Assembly: GCA_965219455.1 (NCBI GenBank)
Contig: OZ244744.1
Location: 4,544,001 to 4,608,000 of the forward strand
Direction of reading: 5' to 3'
DNA length: 64,000 bases
DNA from: Candidatus Latescibacterota bacterium
Lineage (GTDB): Bacteria > Latescibacterota > UBA2968 > GCA-2709665
A program made the translations under genes and the position numbers. The notes beneath the pieces are model-generated. The model had not been told where the DNA came from, did not search any database, and saw only the letters and a list, made by a program, of their open reading frames with translations. Below are positions 59,670-64,000 of the stretch, piece after piece. Position 1 is the first letter of the stretch. Each line of letters starts with the position of its first letter.

Positions 59670-60335
59670 ATGACCCCAAGCGACGATGCTTCTTACGGCG
59701 ATTCCTCGGTGTGGGATAGCCGCTTCAAACGCGAAGGTGATTTGGATTGGGGAGGGTTCTGGATAGATCCTTTTGTGGACACTTTAGCCGAGAGCAATTG
59801 CAGGAAGGTTCTGGATCTGGGATGTGGGTCGGGGAACGACGTACGTCGTCTTGCAAATTTAAACCTCCAAGTCACGGGTCTGGATTTTTCGAAAATAGCG
59901 CTAGACATCGCCCGTTCGCAGCGGAATCCGAGAGCCGGTTTTGTGAGGGCTGATATGGCTAGGGGGCTTCCGTTTCTCAAACGGTGCTTCGATGCCGTCT
60001 TTTCGAACGTGGCGCTTCACATGTTCGACGACATGATGACGAGGGCTGTCATTCAGGAGGTAAAGCGCATTCTCCGCCCCTCAGGGATTTTTGTCTTTCA
60101 CGTGAACTCAGTTGATGACCGTGAGCTACGAGCACGCCGGAGGCAGGTATCCGAGAAACTGGGGCCGAACCGGGTGCGTGAAGCGGATGGCCAGACAGTT
60201 CACTTTTTCTCTCAATCCGAGCTTGAAGGTCACTTTCAAGAGTGGACGCATCTTGAGATCGAGCACCTATTCGTACCTGATGGAATAACAGGAAAGCCTT
60301 TCAAAGCCGTCTGGCGAGGATGTGCGCGGAATTGA
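59670..60335 (+). CDS. Class I SAM-dependent methyltransferase
   Basis: VLDLGCGSG and GLDFS motifs. Confidence 0.9.
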   Translation: MTPSDDASYGDSSVWDSRFKREGDLDWGGFWIDPFVDTLAESNCRKVLDLGCGSGNDVRRLANLNLQVTGLDFSKIALDIARSQRNPRAGFVRADMARGLPFLKRCFDAVFSNVALHMFDDMMTRAVIQEVKRILRPSGIFVFHVNSVDDRELRARRRQVSEKLGPNRVREADGQTVHFFSQSELEGHFQEWTHLEIEHLFVPDGITGKPFKAVWRGCARN

Positions 60336-60369
60336 GATTGCTGTGGCAAGGAAAAAGGTTTAGCACTAG

Positions 60370-60452
60370 CTATAACGCGTCCGTGCCCGGCTGCGGGACA
60401 TTCGGCCCTTCGCGCAACCACCGTGCGGATCGGGCACGGCGAGACGTTAGCT
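60370..60452 (+). repeat. attC-like site
   Basis: ccgtgcccg/cgggcacgg arms; GTT at 60446. Confidence 0.85.
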
Positions 60453-60519
60453 GAGAATAGCCGCGAAGACATTCTCTTCCTCTTTTTCATTGCAGGCAAT
60501 GCGTGAATCGGAGACCAGT

Positions 60520-61572
60520 ATGATATTTACCAGACGTATATGGCCCATGTTGGCGGTATTATTTATGGCATCGGACGCCAAGGCCAATGGCTTCGCCATG
60601 GGTCATCGCCATGTTCCAATAGTGGTGGACGTAGACGTAACCCTTCACACCGGGGAAACCGTGCGCTTGCGAGCTGGTCAGCCCATCTACGTTAACGACG
60701 AATTCCGGACGTATTATCGCGAACAACCTGTCGAGATCCCTTCAAGTGCCCTGCCGGCATCACTCGATGGATACCGTCTTTATAGACAAAGGAGCTTGAA
60801 ACGGAGCGCCAGCCTACTTTCGTTGGAGGCCTCAGAGGAGGCAAATCCGATTGCGAGGACATGGCTATACCTCTTGGCCGGGCACTCATATGTAATAGGT
60901 GGCGGCTTTACCGACAAGAGAGCAAATGAGGCTTACCAAAGGGCAACCGAGCCGCCATTGAACGTGTACAGTCCATACGGTCTATTCTTCAACGCAAAGC
61001 TTCTCGCAGGCAATAGGGACTATCGAAGGGCGAAGCGGGTGCTGCGGCGAATCAGGGAGAAGTTTGGTGAAGACGCAATTGATGCAGTTGGATCGACAAA
61101 GAGTGTCATGCTATTCACGACCTATACTCATGGATCTGCCATAACCGAGGGATATTTTAGGGGATTTCGCGGTCTCAGTTGGTCGATCCAAATTTTGGAT
61201 AGACTGCTTAAGGCACAGCAGAAATATCAAATGGGCGATCAAAGGGTTGAGTCTGAGGATTTGTGGAAGTACTTCCCTCCGAAAGCATCCTTGGGAGTCC
61301 CAAAGCCTGATGAGGCGCAGGAGTTGCTCCGACGTATTGTCACAGAATACCATGCGTCGGACGTGGCACCCGTGGCCTACTTCCGGCTCCTGACTTACTA
61401 CGAGGCTCCTTATGAATTCAATGGGGACGACATTGCCAGATACCGATTCGAATTTTGCCAAATGACGAAGTTCCTATCGAAGTATCCAGACAGCAAAATA
61501 AGCGATGATGCGCGGAAGAGACTGGCCAAGGCGGGGAAGTTCTTGAAGGACAGAGGAATCCTGCCAAGGTAG
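60520..61572 (+). CDS. Secreted hypothetical protein with TPR-like helices
   Basis: Signal-peptide-like start; F..KYP.S.....A C-terminal motif. Confidence 0.55.
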   Translation: MIFTRRIWPMLAVLFMASDAKANGFAMGHRHVPIVVDVDVTLHTGETVRLRAGQPIYVNDEFRTYYREQPVEIPSSALPASLDGYRLYRQRSLKRSASLLSLEASEEANPIARTWLYLLAGHSYVIGGGFTDKRANEAYQRATEPPLNVYSPYGLFFNAKLLAGNRDYRRAKRVLRRIREKFGEDAIDAVGSTKSVMLFTTYTHGSAITEGYFRGFRGLSWSIQILDRLLKAQQKYQMGDQRVESEDLWKYFPPKASLGVPKPDEAQELLRRIVTEYHASDVAPVAYFRLLTYYEAPYEFNGDDIARYRFEFCQMTKFLSKYPDSKISDDARKRLAKAGKFLKDRGILPR

Positions 61573-61600
61573 TCGATACGTATCACCCGGGCGGCAACTC

Positions 61601-61687
61601 CAGCTTTCACGACGGGCTTCGGCTCCGGCGTATTCGCGCCTTCGCCAATCCTGCTTCGCAGGTCCGCGGCCTGCGAGGACGATATAT
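61601..61687 (+). repeat. Degenerate attC-like site followed by a G|AT core
   Basis: Resembles the 14001 site; GATATAT at 61681. Confidence 0.7.
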
Positions 61688-61722
61688 AAAATGGGAAGAG
61701 AGAATCAACATAACTTGAGGTA

Positions 61723-62625
61723 GTGACGATGAATGACCAGTTCAGGCTAAACTGCGGGCTGTTACGCTTGTTTGACGAGTTTGACTTGGTTCCAGATGAG
61801 TTGGCGCCTGGCTTCCAATATGAACTCTCACATCCTGAACTCGAGCGTCTGCGCGAAGCATATAGACTTGATCAGGTTGCAGGAGGTGGAGACGAATGGT
61901 CCAGGGTCCTGAACCTAATGCAGTGGATGTCAGAAGGCGTATGCCACAGAGGCGACATTACCAAATCGTTGCCCGAAGTCTGTAAATCCCTGCCCATGAA
62001 CGCTTCGGAACTTCTCAGATATTCGTTCGGCAAAGGTAAGGACTATGGCATCAACTGCTACATGCTGTCTATCGTGCTGACAGAGGCCTGCCTATCTCTG
62101 GGATTGCAGAGCCGAATAGTGTCTCTGAATCCATTGAATCCATACGACTATGACAATCATTTGGTTACGGTGGTTTGGTGTACTTCTCGCTCGAAGTGGG
62201 TGATGGTCGACCCCTCGTACAATGCATATCTATGTGACTCTGAAGGACTGATCCTGAGCCCATGGGAGACCAGGGACCGACTATGCCGACACAAGACCAT
62301 CTTCTGCAACGACGAGCTGAGTTACAATGGAGCCAGGTACAACCCAGAAGACTATCTGACGTACATGGCGAAGAACTTGCTCTACATGCACTCCCCATGT
62401 TTTAACGGATTCGGAAGCGTTACTTCAGGTAAGACGTGGCTCACGCTGGCCCCGAAGCACCTGGACGTTTGCAAGCGAGAGACATACAACATGAAGTGGC
62501 GTGAGGAGGCCGAGAGCGGGAACTGGGAGTACGAAGAACTTCGTAGTAGTCTCGAGAAGCGAAGGCTGGCGGGAGGCCACGCGTACACGTCATCTGTCGC
62601 GTCTTTTGCGCAAGCGCCGAACTGA
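61723..62625 (+). CDS. Transglutaminase-like domain protein
   Basis: Cys-His-Asp triad candidates INCY, DNHLV, WVMVDPS.N. Confidence 0.78.
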   Translation: MTMNDQFRLNCGLLRLFDEFDLVPDELAPGFQYELSHPELERLREAYRLDQVAGGGDEWSRVLNLMQWMSEGVCHRGDITKSLPEVCKSLPMNASELLRYSFGKGKDYGINCYMLSIVLTEACLSLGLQSRIVSLNPLNPYDYDNHLVTVVWCTSRSKWVMVDPSYNAYLCDSEGLILSPWETRDRLCRHKTIFCNDELSYNGARYNPEDYLTYMAKNLLYMHSPCFNGFGSVTSGKTWLTLAPKHLDVCKRETYNMKWREEAESGNWEYEELRSSLEKRRLAGGHAYTSSVASFAQAPN

Positions 62626-62666
62626 GCAATACACCGGCAGAGAATTGCCCGAGCGAAAATTCCCAC

Positions 62667-62763
62667 TTTATATATCACGTCCATTTGCGCTGCACGGCAT
62701 ACGGTGCCTGGCGCTTGCGCGCACCCCGCATGCACGGGGTCGCAAATGGTGAGGACTTTAGAG
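62667..62763 (+). repeat. attC-like site with ATC-type R'' box
   Basis: TTTATATATC complements GATATATAAA (61681); ccatttgcg/cgcaaatgg arms; right G mutated. Confidence 0.8.
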
Positions 62764-62800
62764 GCCATGCGAAGCAGGCCGATTAAAACGGAAGTTTCAG

Positions 62801-63379
62801 ATGAGGATTTCAGTCGTCAGCAGCAGTCTCAATGCCGATAGTCTCAGCAGGGTGCTTGCCGCCATGTGTCGGACCGCTCTGGAGGACATGGGCATTTCCG
62901 TTGATTTCATCGATCTTCGACAACTTGATCCACCGAATTTCGACGACGACGAGATCTATTCATCCGAGGTGTACCAATCGTGCCACAGGATCATTGCGGC
63001 ATCTGATGCGGTAATATTGGCCAGTCCGGTATACAACTGGGCGTGCTGCTCTGAGCTCAAGAAATTTGTCGAGTATATAGGCTCTACGCCACCAAACGGA
63101 TCGCTCAGAGGAGCATTCTATGACAAGGTCGTGATGTTTGTCAATTCGGGTGGCTTGCCGCACAGCTATATGGCGTTTGCGTCGCTGGCAACGTCCCTTA
63201 TGCTGGATTTCAAGTGCATTGTCAGCCCGTATAATGTGTATGCCCACGACGGTAATTGGACTGAGGGAGGCGAACTCGACGACGCAACTACGGCCAGGTT
63301 AAAGAAGTCACTTTCTGTACTGATTGAGCTTGCGGAGCGACTCAAGAGCCGATCATATGGGTCGAACTGGGAAATCTGA
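62801..63379 (+). CDS. NADPH-dependent FMN reductase
   Basis: SSL...S.S, IDLR, ASPVYNW....LK motifs. Confidence 0.88.
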   Translation: MRISVVSSSLNADSLSRVLAAMCRTALEDMGISVDFIDLRQLDPPNFDDDEIYSSEVYQSCHRIIAASDAVILASPVYNWACCSELKKFVEYIGSTPPNGSLRGAFYDKVVMFVNSGGLPHSYMAFASLATSLMLDFKCIVSPYNVYAHDGNWTEGGELDDATTARLKKSLSVLIELAERLKSRSYGSNWEI

Positions 63380-63389
63380 GTCGTGTACA

Positions 63390-63471
63390 GCCTATAACAC
63401 CGTGCCCCCGGCTTCGGGCTTACGCCCCTCGCGCAACCGCTTCGCGGTTCGGGGGCACGAAGACGTTACAC
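63390..63471 (+). repeat. attC-like site
   Basis: GCCTATAAC..cgtgcccccg/cgggggcacg..GTT at 63465. Confidence 0.88.
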
Positions 63472-63545
63472 GACATGGGAAGACTGCGGCCAGAGAGCGC
63501 GCGCCGCCATCCACAACATTTGACAATATCTCGTTCGGGGGCACA

Positions 63546-64000
63546 ATGTCTGATCATCGAATGAATTTCCTAATCAGAGAAATGACAAAAGAGTTTCGAA
63601 ACGTTTGTGCCAGCGTGGCAATGGTTGTCCGTACTGCCCCAAGTCAGACAGTGCGCCTGGTTGTCCTAACGCTAGGCCTCGGGTCAGGACCAGCTGCGAT
63701 CCTGTACATTCAGAAGATAGTCATTGATGAAGTCGTGGAGCACAAGGACTATTCAGTTGATGCATCTTTGTCAGTTGCTCTTATCGTGGGGATGATTGCC
63801 TTTGTTACATGCAATCTTCTGATGGACTCCATCGAGACGATTCAGGGATTCCGAGTGCAGATTTTTGGGCGGGTTGTTGAGGGCAGAATAAAGGAGAGGG
63901 TATATCATAAGGTCGCAACGTTTAACGATATAGCACTTTTTGAGACACCCGAGCTATTGAACGAACTCGAGCTTGCGCTTCGCGGAGTTGGTAGACTAAG
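63546..64000 (+). CDS. Probable ABC transporter membrane subunit, partial at window end
   Basis: Open frame from ATG 63546 with TM segments, K.VID.V and D...FE.PE..N.LE.A. Confidence 0.55.
   Translation, partial: MSDHRMNFLIREMTKEFRNVCASVAMVVRTAPSQTVRLVVLTLGLGSGPAAILYIQKIVIDEVVEHKDYSVDASLSVALIVGMIAFVTCNLLMDSIETIQGFRVQIFGRVVEGRIKERVYHKVATFNDIALFETPELLNELELALRGVGRL

Larger units (their letters stand above)
3789..64000 (+). mobile_element. Integron-like cassette array with no intact integrase in the window
   Basis: About 35 AAC...GTT palindromic sites separate co-oriented genes; the R' of one site usually complements the R'' of the next. Confidence 0.92.

Noticed and set aside
39013-63268. 68-bp repeat pair as the TR/VR of a diversity-generating retroelement
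   Set aside because: Only one mismatch, located mid-gene, and no reverse transcriptase in the window.
6736-63471. Recurrent palindromic repeats as a CRISPR array or REP elements
   Set aside because: They vary in length, are separated by whole genes and show R''/R' complementarity typical of attC; no cas genes are seen.

Overview
Bases 1-3312 look like ordinary chromosomal backbone: a family B DNA polymerase on the minus strand and two membrane proteins. From about 3790 to the window end the DNA is a co-oriented (+ strand) integron-like gene-cassette array with about 35 attC-like sites. Cargo includes methyltransferases, phosphotransferases, NUDIX, HAD, GNAT, nucleotidyltransferases, six toxin-antitoxin-like pairs, ribH/ribD, purC, glycoside-hydrolase-like, PhyH, Kelch and ankyrin genes. 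No intact integrase is present. Instead, four remnants of the 3' end of a co-oriented tyrosine recombinase (XerD-like DLRYIQ-LLGH-TTQIYT signature, not the IntI DIRTVQELLGH type) each precede a conserved ~130-bp element ending in a hairpin plus CCGTA|GTT. Each of these sites has received a cassette, so they act as attI-like sites located downstream of the recombinase. Other unusual features: cassette ends are complementary for up to ~20 bp, some cores are GAT or GTC with compensating changes, one cassette is nested inside another, and some cassettes carry operon pieces with truncated neighbour genes. There are also duplicated cassettes, selective decay of toxin genes, an IS1380, a MITE and an uncharacterised hairpin-ended IS-like element. 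Product calls rest on motif recognition only; no database searches were run.
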